A stretch of 20,000 bases of DNA. It comes from an uncultured virus (IMG/VR IMGVR_UViG_3300028603_000036). Its lineage: Duplodnaviria; Heunggongvirae; Uroviricota; Caudoviricetes. Shown here one piece after another: positions 1 through 9,127 of the stretch. The position numbers and the translations under genes are program-made. Every line of letters begins with the position of its first letter. Position 1 is the first letter of the stretch. The notes beneath the pieces are model-generated. The model saw only the letters and a list, made by a program, of their open reading frames with translations. It was not told the DNA's origin and did no database searches. Location: IMG/VR virus record IMGVR_UViG_3300028603_000036. One strand, 5' to 3'.

Positions 1-615
1 GATACCGGCATGAACAAATGGATGTCCGAGGCCCAGAACAAGGCCGTTATCGACGGCCTGATGGGCGAAGAGTGGCAGTTCTTCGCTGACAAGATGAAAG
101 AGCTTGCCGCCACTATCGCCAGCATGCCGAAGACCTATGACCAGGACGGCAAGGGCGAAGAGGCAATCGCGCATCTGCACTATTTCAGGGGTTCCGGCGA
201 CTGGTACATCACCGAGAAGGACATGGAGGGCGTAGGCACCGAGCAAGCCTTTGGCCTGGCCGACCTGTACGGCGATGGCGGAGAGCTTGGGTATATCAGC
301 ATCCAGGAGCTGCGCGAAGCTGGCGTGGAGCTGGACTTCCATTTCACGCCGAAGGCCGTGCGCGAAGTGCGCAAGAAGCCTGCCGAAACTGCGCCGCCTG
401 CTGGTGGCGAGCCTGACGAAAAGCAGGTTGATCGCTCGCTGTTTCAGTCGGTGATCGACGGCACAGCCCCGAACATGCTGGCTCCCGAACTGGCCGACGA
501 GCTGGAAATAGCCTATCTGCGCAACCAGAGCGACCCCGAGCTGGCGGCGCTGTTCGAGCAAGCCGTTATCGCCTACCAGGCCGCCATGATGGCAGCCACG
601 TCCAGCCTTGCGTAA
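1..615 (+). CDS. Probable 3' part of a polyvalent virion-internal protein (DUF2958-like domain plus helical C-terminus; possibly DarA-like)
   Basis: The frame is open from base 1 (first ATG at 10) to TAA at 613-615, so it may be 5'-truncated. WYITEKD...AFGLADL...GELGYISIQEL...ELDFHFTP resembles DUF2958-type domains of phage/plasmid polyvalent proteins. It lies directly upstream of darB-like. The DarA link is inferred from context only. Confidence 0.5.
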   Translation, partial: DTGMNKWMSEAQNKAVIDGLMGEEWQFFADKMKELAATIASMPKTYDQDGKGEEAIAHLHYFRGSGDWYITEKDMEGVGTEQAFGLADLYGDGGELGYISIQELREAGVELDFHFTPKAVREVRKKPAETAPPAGGEPDEKQVDRSLFQSVIDGTAPNMLAPELADELEIAYLRNQSDPELAALFEQAVIAYQAAMMAATSSLA

Positions 616-627
616 GGAAAAGAGAAA

Positions 628-3600
628 ATGCTGAACCGAAATTCCCTTGATGATGCGGCTGGCGGTGTGCTGGCCCGCTTGAAGCTGGTGGGGGAGCTGG
701 CCCGAATCAAGGGCGAACTGAATGATGTAGGCGCGGGGCCGGTCGCGGCCATGAAGCGCCTGAAGCTGGTTTCGCGCGCGAACCAGATCCGTGCGTCGCT
801 TGGCGCGGCAGCACCCCAGGCGAGCGCAGCACCAGAAGCTGCGCCGGTGGCGGAGCCGCAGGCCGCTGCCGCCCCTGAACCGCAGCCAGAAGGCGGCCCC
901 GAAGAGGTGCTGGAGCCGCGCAACCAGACTGCGCAGTATTACGAGTTCGACCCGAACCGAAAGCCAGCGCAGCGCAAGAAGGACAACGCCGAGGCCATGG
1001 CGCTGCTGGCGCGCATCGACGCGGGCGAGGTGGCCGCGTCCAGCCTGACGCCAGAGGAAAAGCTGGCCCTGGCGAAATACTCCGGCACCGGCGGCGCGCT
1101 GATCGGCGCAGACGGCAAGAAGGGAAGCGCCTACGAGTATTACACTCCCAAGCCGATTGCCGAAGGCATTTGGTCGCTCATGGAGGAGCTGGGCTTTGCT
1201 GGCGGAAAGGTGCTTGACCCGTGCGCGGGCGTGGGCATCTTTGGTGCCACCGCGCCGCTGAACGCCGCCATCGACGCCGTGGAGCTGAACGAGACTTCGG
1301 GCCGTATCAATGGCCTGGTGAACGCTGGCCCAGGCTACAGCGCCACGGTAGCACCATTTGAGCGAGTGGCCGCCGCCACGCCCGATGAGCAGTACGACGC
1401 CGTGGTGACGAACGTGCCGTTTGGTGGCGTGGCTGACCGGGGCGGAAACCAATTGCTGGATGACCGATACCAGAAAGAGCCGCTGCAAAACTATTTCATT
1501 CTGCGGACGCTTGAGAAGCTGAAGCCCGGCGGCCTGGCCGTGTTCATCACGCCGCCCCGATGCGTTACCGGCAAGGGTGGCAAGGAAGAAGAGCTGCGCG
1601 TGAAGGCCAGCTACATGGCCGAGTTCCTGGGAGCGTACCGATTGCCGAATGCCGTGTTCGGCACGGCCAGCGCGGACACAATGACCGACGTGATCGCGTT
1701 CCGCAAATACAGCCGCGAAGCCCTGGACAAGATCGCCGAATTGCGGGAGCAGTCGCCCAAGGCGCTGGTGGAGGCCAATGTGCAGTGGCAGCCGTTCGTC
1801 AACGGTCGCTACTTCGACGGCGAGGGCAAGCGGTTCATCCTGGGCGACTTCGTACCGAAAGACCCCAACAAGTTCCGCGACGTTGACCGCGTGGTGACGC
1901 GCCAGCCCATTGCCGAGATTGCCCGGATGCTCAAGCGCTTCCCCGGCTCGCGTGTGGACTGGGAAATGCTGGGAACAGTCGAAACCACGCCCATCGTGTA
2001 CCGCGACGGCGACACCATCACGCAATCTGGGCAGACCCTGCAAATGCAGGATGGCCGGTGGGTTCCCATGGCTCGCACCGAGAGTAGCGCCAGCATGGCG
2101 GAACTGGTCGGCAAGCTGGCAACGCCTTACTCCGCGTTCGAGGGCCGCGTACAGTGGGCCGACGCCGTGCAGTGCGTCGAGCACATGATTGAAACGTCGC
2201 AGTCGCTCGATATTCCCGCGTGGCTGCGCGGCGCGGTCGCGGAAATCCGTCACCTGAAGGATGAGGGCCAGAGGGCGCAGTTCTGGAATGCGGGCATCGT
2301 CGGTATGGCCGCCGACCAGGTGTTTGAAGAGCGCATGGGTGAAGAAACCGGCGTGAACTTCGCCGAAGAATACCCGGCGTTGTCTGATGCCATGCAGCGC
2401 GTGTCTGTTGCGGCCAGGAAGCGACCGGCGGCCATCGGCGGCAAGCTGCGCGACGGCCTGGCTTTCATCGGCAACCACTACCAGAAGAAAACCGGCTTTT
2501 CTGCCGTCTGGCGGGGCGACGTGCGGCAGGAAGCGCCTACGGTCGAGATTACTGCCGACGCCAGCTTTGAAGGGCTGCGCTACAAAACGAAATCTATCTG
2601 GGTGAGCATGGAGGATGCGCGCGCCATCTACGGCGACGGGTTCGACCCATACGCCGATGCTGACTGGTGCGTTTCGCCCGACGGCAAGAGCGTCACGCGC
2701 GCCGATGACTATTACATCGGCAACTATGCCGAGTTCCTGCGCCGCGTGGATGCCGACATTGCCAGCGCGGAGAACGAGGACATCCGGGCCAAGCTGCTGC
2801 GCCAGAAGATCGACGCCGAAAGCCGAATCGACAGGGTGGACGTATCCAAGCTGTCGTTCAACCTGTTCAGCCCGCATGTCACGCATGAGGAAAAGGCCGA
2901 GTTCCTGCGCCGCTTCGTGCATCCGTCCGCCGCTGTTGTGTACGACGAAAAAACCGGCGTAAAGCGCGTGGACATCGACGTGCCGGGCAGCAGGCTGACA
3001 GACCGTGAAAAGCTGCTGAATCGCATTGGCGACTACCTGAAGAACGGCACGATCACGCTGGGCGGGGCCAAGCTGGATATGCCGGATGCCCAGGCGCTGC
3101 AAGAGCTGCGTCGCATGGTGAATACCGCCAATGAGCAGTTCAACGGCTGGGCGCGCGGCAACCGTGCCGTTATCTCGCGCCTGGAGGCGACCGCCTCTGA
3201 CCCGGAGCGCCTGCGCTTCCGGCAAGTTGAGGATGAAGCGCCCATGCCGATACCGGGCATGAGCGAGGGGTTGACCCTGCACGGCTACCAGAACGCCTAT
3301 GTGCGCAAGACCAGCCGGGAGTTCGGCGGAATCAACGGGTTTGGCGTGGGCCTGGGCAAAACCTTCACTGCGCTGGCCGCTACGCAGTACGCGCAGAGCA
3401 TCGGCGTCAAGAAGAAAACGCTGTTCGTCGTTCCCAACTCCGTGCTGTCCAACTGGCGCAAGGAGGCCATGCGGGCCTATTCCAGCACGGACGATTGCCT
3501 GTTTGTGGGCCTGCGCATTGCCAAGGATGGGCGCGCCACGATCAGTTCCAGCAACTTCGACGCCGACCTGACTGCGGTGATGGAGAACCGGCACAGCAAG

Positions 3601-6600
3601 ATTTTCATGACGCTGGAGGCGTTCGAGCGCATCCGCATGCGTGATGAGACGATCAGCGAGTACGAGGCGTTCATGCGCCGGGCTGACGCCAGTTTCTCGG
3701 AGAGCATGGACAAGAAGGAAGACGAGCGCGCCAAGAGCAAGCAAGCGGGCCTACTGTCCATCCTGTCGGACAAGCGTGGCAGCGCCCCCTACATCGAGGA
3801 CATGGGCGTGGATAGCGTCGTCTTCGATGAGGCCCACGTTTTCAAGAACTCCGCGCAGACCGTGGACTTCAAAGGGGCCAAGTTCCTTTCGATGTCGCCA
3901 GCATCCAAGCGTGGCATCGACGCCCAGGCCAAAGCATGGTTCATTCGCGGGCAATCCCCGCTGAAGGACGGCGTTCTGATGCTGACGGCAACGCCGATCA
4001 CGAACAGCCCACTGGAAATGTACGCCATGCTGTCGCTGGCCGTCGGCCATGAGCGCGTGAACGACCTTTGCCTGGGCATCAAGGGCGCCGACAACTTCAT
4101 GGAAATGATGTGCATCAAGGAGAACCAGGACGATGTGACCATGGACGGCGTGGCGCGCACCACCGATGTCTTTGTCGGCCTGAATAACGTCGGGGTGCTC
4201 CGCAAGTCCATCGGTGAGGTGGCGACCATCAAGAGCGCGGCTGACGTTGGCGGGCAGATCATTGTGCCGGAGCGTGAGGAAAAGCCCACGCCCGTCACGT
4301 TGCCTGATGCCGTGGTGGAACGTCTGAAGCTCTACAAGAGCGCCTTCCGATACGCCATTGATGAGCTGGCCGAGAAGTCGCCGAACCGTGGCGACCCGGA
4401 AGCCTACGACCAGGTTGCCCAGCACTTCGGCGAAGAGCTGAACCTGATTGGGCATCCTTTCAACCTCATCAATAAGATGACCATGCTCATTGCTGACCCA
4501 GAGCTTGACCAGCGGGCCAGTTTTTATAGCTACCTGTCCACCCAGGCGGACAAGGCCAAGCAGGCCATCGAGCAGTTCAACGCCCGCAAGATCACCGAGG
4601 AACGCCCCCGGCCCGGCCCGATGACGGATGAAAGCGCCATTGTCGGGAAGAAAAAGGTGAAGGACTCCGGCGGCAACGAAACCGAACTGCTGAAGATCGA
4701 GGTGCGGGCAAGGGCCATTGATGGCGGGCGCGTGGTGATCGACAGCATTGACCCGGACGTGCAGAGCGCATTCGAGGCTATCGCGGACAAGATCGGCCTT
4801 GACCTGGACGTGTCCGTGCCGCCCAAGCTGGCCGCCATGCTCGAAAACTTCCAGAACGAGCAGGCCAGTCCGCGTGGCATCGACGCCAGCGGCAAGGCGA
4901 CCAGCGTGGTCAAGCAGATCGTGTTTTGCGACATCCTGCCGCTGCACAACAAGATCAAGCGCCTTTTGACGCGCCGTGCCGGTGTGCCAAGCAGCGCCAT
5001 TGCCATTATCACGGGCCGCACCAACAACACGCCGGACGAAATCCTGGCCGTTCAGGACGGCTTCAACGGCGTGGGCGAGGACAGCAAGTATCAGACGGTG
5101 ATCGCCAACGAAAAGGCGGAAGTCGGTATCAACCTTCAGAAAGGAACGCAAGCGATTCACCACCTGACCATCGGATGGACGCCGGACAGTCTGGAGCAGC
5201 GCAACGGGCGCGGTGTTCGGCAGGGCAACGCGACCGAGCGAGTGAATCTCTACTATTACGATGCTGACGGCACCTTTGACACCAGCAAGCGTTCCATGGT
5301 GAACAAGAAGGCTGACTGGATTGGGCAGGTTATGGACGTGAACGGAACCGGCAGCGTGTCCGTGGCTGGCGGGCTGTCCAGGGAGCAGATGGAAGCACTC
5401 ATTGATGTGGTGGGCGACGTTGACGCCATGCGCCGGATGCAGGAGACGATTGCCGCCAAAGAGGCCGAATCGCGGGCCTCCAACAACCGCGACCGGCAAA
5501 TGATCAACCTGGATACCATCCGCAAGCAAAATACCTTCCTGAACGACAACCGGGCTGCCGATAGTTTCGTGATTCGCAAGATCATCGGCCTGTTCGGGCT
5601 GGAAAGGCAGGCCGACAAGCTGCGGGATCGTATTGCCAACCCGAAGGCAACGGCTACCGCTGTTGCCCGCAATGAAAGCCTGCTGGCCGAGCTGATGGCA
5701 AGCATAGGCGGCCTGCGGCGCCAGATCGAGGAATCGGCCACGCTGCACCGCTCGCAATGGAGCGGAGGCGGGCAAACCAGGGAGCCTGCGACTCTGGATA
5801 GCTTCTTTGCTGCTGTGCGTAGCGGTAAGAAGCAGAAGGACGATGATATTGAGGCCATGCTGCGCGGGCGCTCTTACCCGTCGTTCGGGCTTGAGATTGT
5901 CGAGGGCGGCCCGATCACCAACGAATGGCAGGCTGAAGTCGATATGGCGGAATCCATGATCGAAGAGGCCAAGGCCGCGTTCGCCCGCCAAGCCGAGGAA
6001 GCGGGTGGATACCCCGCTGACGTGGCCGAAGCCATTGCCCGAGGCGATGGGGTTGTCTACAACGGCAAGCCGCTGACTCACGGCACGTTTGTGCGCGTGG
6101 CTGGTGGGCTGGCGGTGCTGGCGCTTGAGAATGGCCGCCCGCGCGCCTTCGGTCGATCTATGGACGGCTCTCCGCTGGCGGCGGATACGTCGGCAGTTAT
6201 GGCCGGGGAGTGGATCTATCGTGGCACGGCTGGCTACGACTCGTGCCTGACGGACGCGGCGCAGATCGAAGACATAATCAACGGCGATGGCCGGATTGAA
6301 AACGGCTTCAATACGGTCGTGCCGGAGGTGGCGCAGCGCCGTAAGGTGGAGGCGCTGGCCGCTTATCGGGTGTTCGAGTATCGCTTGCCGCAGCCGTACT
6401 TCCCGTATGTGGTTGTGCCGACAGATGCCGACAAGTCGGAGGTGCAGCGCAGCATCTTTGAGTCGCAGAAGGCCGTGGTTCGGTCGTTCGATGGGGGCTC
6501 TTTCGTCGTGGCGGGCGACGTGGCCGTGGAGCGGGCGAACAGCCGTTCGGATGATCGGTTCAAGCTGCTGCGCGAATACGCTGTTGCCCATGGCATGAAG

Positions 6601-7080
6601 CTGACCGTGGCCGACTTTGACGGTAGCCCTATGTGGGTGCAGCGGCAGATTGAGGAAACGGTTACGGTGGACGCCCTGAAGGCTGCGCTGACCGGCAATA
6701 CTGAGCACGACATTCGTGAGCAGGCCGCCGCGTTCGTTCGTGGTGCGACGGGCTGGTTTGACTGGGAAGGGAAGGATACCAGCGACTACCTGCCGTATGA
6801 GTTCCGCATCGCCATTGTCAACGCCGGGCGCAAGGCCATGGCCGGAACCGAGCAGCCTTCCAGCCAGTCGCCCAATGACGTGGTGGGCATCCGGGGCAAC
6901 ACCATGGCCTGGAAAGACACGATCAAGAGCTGCGCCGTTCGCGCGGGAGCAGGCAAGTACAAGTGGGATAAGCGCTCTCTGTCATGGAACGTGTACCGTT
7001 CCACCTGGGATTACCTGGTTGCCAACTACCCCAAGGCGGCAGAGCAACTCGAATTGATCGGCGCGACCCGTTCACTGTAA
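628..7080 (+). CDS. darB: DarB-like antirestriction protein: N6-adenine methyltransferase fused to SNF2/SF2 helicase
   Basis: 2150 aa with a purine-rich RBS (AAGGA) upstream. MTase motifs: EYYTPKPIAEGIW, VLDPCAGVG (motif I), VVTNVPF (motif IV), AEFLGAYRLP, closely matching recalled P1 DarB. Helicase motifs: LHGYQ, GVGLGKT (Walker A), FDEAH, LTATP, EVGINLQ, LEQRNGRGVRQGN. Confidence 0.88.
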   Translation: MLNRNSLDDAAGGVLARLKLVGELARIKGELNDVGAGPVAAMKRLKLVSRANQIRASLGAAAPQASAAPEAAPVAEPQAAAAPEPQPEGGPEEVLEPRNQTAQYYEFDPNRKPAQRKKDNAEAMALLARIDAGEVAASSLTPEEKLALAKYSGTGGALIGADGKKGSAYEYYTPKPIAEGIWSLMEELGFAGGKVLDPCAGVGIFGATAPLNAAIDAVELNETSGRINGLVNAGPGYSATVAPFERVAAATPDEQYDAVVTNVPFGGVADRGGNQLLDDRYQKEPLQNYFILRTLEKLKPGGLAVFITPPRCVTGKGGKEEELRVKASYMAEFLGAYRLPNAVFGTASADTMTDVIAFRKYSREALDKIAELREQSPKALVEANVQWQPFVNGRYFDGEGKRFILGDFVPKDPNKFRDVDRVVTRQPIAEIARMLKRFPGSRVDWEMLGTVETTPIVYRDGDTITQSGQTLQMQDGRWVPMARTESSASMAELVGKLATPYSAFEGRVQWADAVQCVEHMIETSQSLDIPAWLRGAVAEIRHLKDEGQRAQFWNAGIVGMAADQVFEERMGEETGVNFAEEYPALSDAMQRVSVAARKRPAAIGGKLRDGLAFIGNHYQKKTGFSAVWRGDVRQEAPTVEITADASFEGLRYKTKSIWVSMEDARAIYGDGFDPYADADWCVSPDGKSVTRADDYYIGNYAEFLRRVDADIASAENEDIRAKLLRQKIDAESRIDRVDVSKLSFNLFSPHVTHEEKAEFLRRFVHPSAAVVYDEKTGVKRVDIDVPGSRLTDREKLLNRIGDYLKNGTITLGGAKLDMPDAQALQELRRMVNTANEQFNGWARGNRAVISRLEATASDPERLRFRQVEDEAPMPIPGMSEGLTLHGYQNAYVRKTSREFGGINGFGVGLGKTFTALAATQYAQSIGVKKKTLFVVPNSVLSNWRKEAMRAYSSTDDCLFVGLRIAKDGRATISSSNFDADLTAVMENRHSKIFMTLEAFERIRMRDETISEYEAFMRRADASFSESMDKKEDERAKSKQAGLLSILSDKRGSAPYIEDMGVDSVVFDEAHVFKNSAQTVDFKGAKFLSMSPASKRGIDAQAKAWFIRGQSPLKDGVLMLTATPITNSPLEMYAMLSLAVGHERVNDLCLGIKGADNFMEMMCIKENQDDVTMDGVARTTDVFVGLNNVGVLRKSIGEVATIKSAADVGGQIIVPEREEKPTPVTLPDAVVERLKLYKSAFRYAIDELAEKSPNRGDPEAYDQVAQHFGEELNLIGHPFNLINKMTMLIADPELDQRASFYSYLSTQADKAKQAIEQFNARKITEERPRPGPMTDESAIVGKKKVKDSGGNETELLKIEVRARAIDGGRVVIDSIDPDVQSAFEAIADKIGLDLDVSVPPKLAAMLENFQNEQASPRGIDASGKATSVVKQIVFCDILPLHNKIKRLLTRRAGVPSSAIAIITGRTNNTPDEILAVQDGFNGVGEDSKYQTVIANEKAEVGINLQKGTQAIHHLTIGWTPDSLEQRNGRGVRQGNATERVNLYYYDADGTFDTSKRSMVNKKADWIGQVMDVNGTGSVSVAGGLSREQMEALIDVVGDVDAMRRMQETIAAKEAESRASNNRDRQMINLDTIRKQNTFLNDNRAADSFVIRKIIGLFGLERQADKLRDRIANPKATATAVARNESLLAELMASIGGLRRQIEESATLHRSQWSGGGQTREPATLDSFFAAVRSGKKQKDDDIEAMLRGRSYPSFGLEIVEGGPITNEWQAEVDMAESMIEEAKAAFARQAEEAGGYPADVAEAIARGDGVVYNGKPLTHGTFVRVAGGLAVLALENGRPRAFGRSMDGSPLAADTSAVMAGEWIYRGTAGYDSCLTDAAQIEDIINGDGRIENGFNTVVPEVAQRRKVEALAAYRVFEYRLPQPYFPYVVVPTDADKSEVQRSIFESQKAVVRSFDGGSFVVAGDVAVERANSRSDDRFKLLREYAVAHGMKLTVADFDGSPMWVQRQIEETVTVDALKAALTGNTEHDIREQAAAFVRGATGWFDWEGKDTSDYLPYEFRIAIVNAGRKAMAGTEQPSSQSPNDVVGIRGNTMAWKDTIKSCAVRAGAGKYKWDKRSLSWNVYRSTWDYLVANYPKAAEQLELIGATRSL

Positions 7081-7090
7081 GGATTGAGAC

Positions 7091-7504
7091 ATGGCATACA
7101 CCGAATACAAGTTCGACAAGGAAGCAATCAAGAGCCTGGTGGCCGAGCGCGCCGCCGCCCTGCGCGCCAACCGGGGGTTTTCCAACCTGCTGGCGTTTGG
7201 GCTGGGTGTCGTGGCCGACCGCCTGAACAAAGATCCGCGCCGCTACCGGGATTACGGCCCCTATTGGTGGGCGCTCAAGGACGCCATGAAAGCCGGTGGC
7301 TACAGCCTGGGCGACCAGACTGACCCTCTGGTGAAGCGGGTATACCAGGGCGATAGCGAGGCGGAAACGCTCATCATGGCCGATGAGTTCCGCACCGAAT
7401 ACCTGAAAACGCACATGGTTTATGCAAACCAGTTCCAGCTTGATGCGGGTAGCGCGGACTTTTATGAGCTGTTCGACGCGGATATGGAGTTTCCGGCAGC
7501 CTAA
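7091..7504 (+). CDS. ulx: Ulx-like protein (promotes DarB incorporation into virions in P1)
   Basis: 137 aa. RLNKDPRRYRDYGPYWWALK parallels the recalled P1 Ulx motif RLLKNPRLYRSYGPYW. It follows darB directly, as in P1. RBS AAGGA/GAG upstream. Confidence 0.78.
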   Translation: MAYTEYKFDKEAIKSLVAERAAALRANRGFSNLLAFGLGVVADRLNKDPRRYRDYGPYWWALKDAMKAGGYSLGDQTDPLVKRVYQGDSEAETLIMADEFRTEYLKTHMVYANQFQLDAGSADFYELFDADMEFPAA

Positions 7505-7513
7505 AGCGTAGGG

Positions 7514-7564
7514 CGGAAAATCAGGCAGGGGCATCGTTGCGGCAGAACATACTCTGTTCCGCAT
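7514..7564 (+). promoter_or_regulatory. Putative late promoter, copy 1 (predicts leaderless portal mRNA)
   Basis: CGGAAAA 7514-7520, 29-nt spacer, TACTCT 7550-7555, then 7 nt to ATG 7563. No Shine-Dalgarno sequence. Same geometry as the sites at 13768 and 17211. Confidence 0.68.
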
Positions 7565-9125
7565 GGACGATACCCCCAACACCGCCGATTCGACACGGCC
7601 AGGCTTCCTGGCCCGCCTTGGCCTGTCGCGCAAGCGATGGCAGTCAACGCACGTCGCGCCATCAAGAGAGATTCGGGCTTCCGATACGCACCTGTACGGA
7701 GCCGGAACAACCACGGTTGCCTCCTTGCTGGGGTCTGGAAACCGTGGCGCACGGTCGCGCCAGATCATCTACGAGAAGTGGATGCGCATGGAGGGCGACC
7801 CGATCATCAGCAGTGCATTGCAGTTGCTGGTGACTTCGGCGCTGGGCGGCCATGAAACCAGCGGCGACCTGGTGTTCGTTGAAAAAACGGCAGAAGCGAA
7901 AAAGGACAAACGCCTTGCCGCTATCGCCGACGAGGTTTCCGCAAAGTTGTCGCCCCTGTTCAATCGGGTGGCTTTTCAGATGGCCTACACGGGGTCGGCT
8001 TACGGCGATTCCTACGCTCGAATCTATACCGACGCCACCGGCGTTGTGGATCTTCACTCTGACGAAATGGTGCGCCCGCAGTTGGTGCAGCCATTCGAAC
8101 GTGGGAGCCGTACCATCGGCTTTGCCGTGTCCATTGGTGAACGAAACTTCGAGCGCCTGGACGTGACCCAGCTCGCGCGCCTGAAGATGCCGCGTACCCA
8201 GTGGATTCCGCAGTTCGGCGTAGTCGAGAAGTCGCTGAAAGTCGCCCTGAAAGAGAACAACATCGACAACCTGCCGATCATGCCGAGCATGGTGGGCGGC
8301 TCGATGCTCTACAACGCCGAAGAACCCTATGACAACTTGTCGGCATCGCTGCTGGGCCTGGTGGGGCAGCGGTGGATGGATTCGATTGATGAGCAGATGG
8401 TGGCCGTCAACCTGGAGTCCATGACGCTGGAGCAGCAAGAGCGGTTCGTGGAGTCGGTAAAGGGTATGCTCATGGCGTCGAAGAAGTATGCCGAGCAGGC
8501 AGTGACACGGGGCCGCCCGATCATGGAGCGCATCCGGCACATCATCCCGGTCTTCAATGAGAAGCAACTGACGAATATCGGCCCCGGCAACGGCGGCCAG
8601 ACAGGCCGCGCCGCGACGATCAGCATTGAGGACGTGCTGCTGCATGCTCGCTTGCTGTCCGGCGCCCTGGGCGTCGATCTTTCCATGCTGGGCTTTGCCG
8701 ACCAGCTTTCCGGCGGCCTGGGCGAAGGCGGCTTCTTCCGTGTGTCCGCGCAGGCGGCGGAGCGCGCGCGGGTCATCCGCGTGGCGCTGTCCGACTTCTT
8801 CCATCACGTTATCGACATTCATACTGCCCGCCGTTATGGCGTGGTGTTTCATGAGAGCGAACGTCCTTGGGAAATCAACTTCTTTGGCTCCATATCCGCC
8901 CTGGAGGCAGAGAAACAGCGTACACGCACCGATTCCATGAACTCCGGCATGCTGCTTGTGCAGGCCATGCAGATGCTCAAGGAAATGGGGGCTTCCAAGG
9001 ACATCATGGCCGAGTTTCTGGCAAAGACCATGCTTCTGGACGAAGACCAGGCCGCGCTCTACGCCACCATCGTGGACGCCAAGCCGCAGGGTAACGACAT
9101 GGGCGGGTTCGGCGGGGGGGTGTAG
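7563..9125 (+). CDS. prt: Portal protein, P1 Prt-like
   Basis: 520 aa. IEDVLLHARLLSGALGVDLSMLGFADQLSGGLGEGGFFRVSAQAAERA, AEEPYDNL and IDIHTARRYG match recalled P1 Prt segments. Size and position next to darB/ulx fit. Confidence 0.82.
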   Translation: MDDTPNTADSTRPGFLARLGLSRKRWQSTHVAPSREIRASDTHLYGAGTTTVASLLGSGNRGARSRQIIYEKWMRMEGDPIISSALQLLVTSALGGHETSGDLVFVEKTAEAKKDKRLAAIADEVSAKLSPLFNRVAFQMAYTGSAYGDSYARIYTDATGVVDLHSDEMVRPQLVQPFERGSRTIGFAVSIGERNFERLDVTQLARLKMPRTQWIPQFGVVEKSLKVALKENNIDNLPIMPSMVGGSMLYNAEEPYDNLSASLLGLVGQRWMDSIDEQMVAVNLESMTLEQQERFVESVKGMLMASKKYAEQAVTRGRPIMERIRHIIPVFNEKQLTNIGPGNGGQTGRAATISIEDVLLHARLLSGALGVDLSMLGFADQLSGGLGEGGFFRVSAQAAERARVIRVALSDFFHHVIDIHTARRYGVVFHESERPWEINFFGSISALEAEKQRTRTDSMNSGMLLVQAMQMLKEMGASKDIMAEFLAKTMLLDEDQAALYATIVDAKPQGNDMGGFGGGV

Positions 9126-9127
9126 GC

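Noticed and set aside
3751..6708. 985-aa minus-strand ORF
   Set aside because: Antisense shadow of darB. Strong GC3 bias removes stops on the opposite strand, and the translation has no recognisable motifs.
7662..8852. 396-aa minus-strand ORF and the other short minus-strand or alternate-frame ORFs
   Set aside because: They overlap well-supported + strand genes, have Arg/Ala/Pro- or His-rich shadow composition, and show no RBS or domain evidence.
9114..9120. G7 run as a phase-variation tract
   Set aside because: It is short, falls in the last codons of the portal gene, and plausibly serves as the RBS for the next gene.
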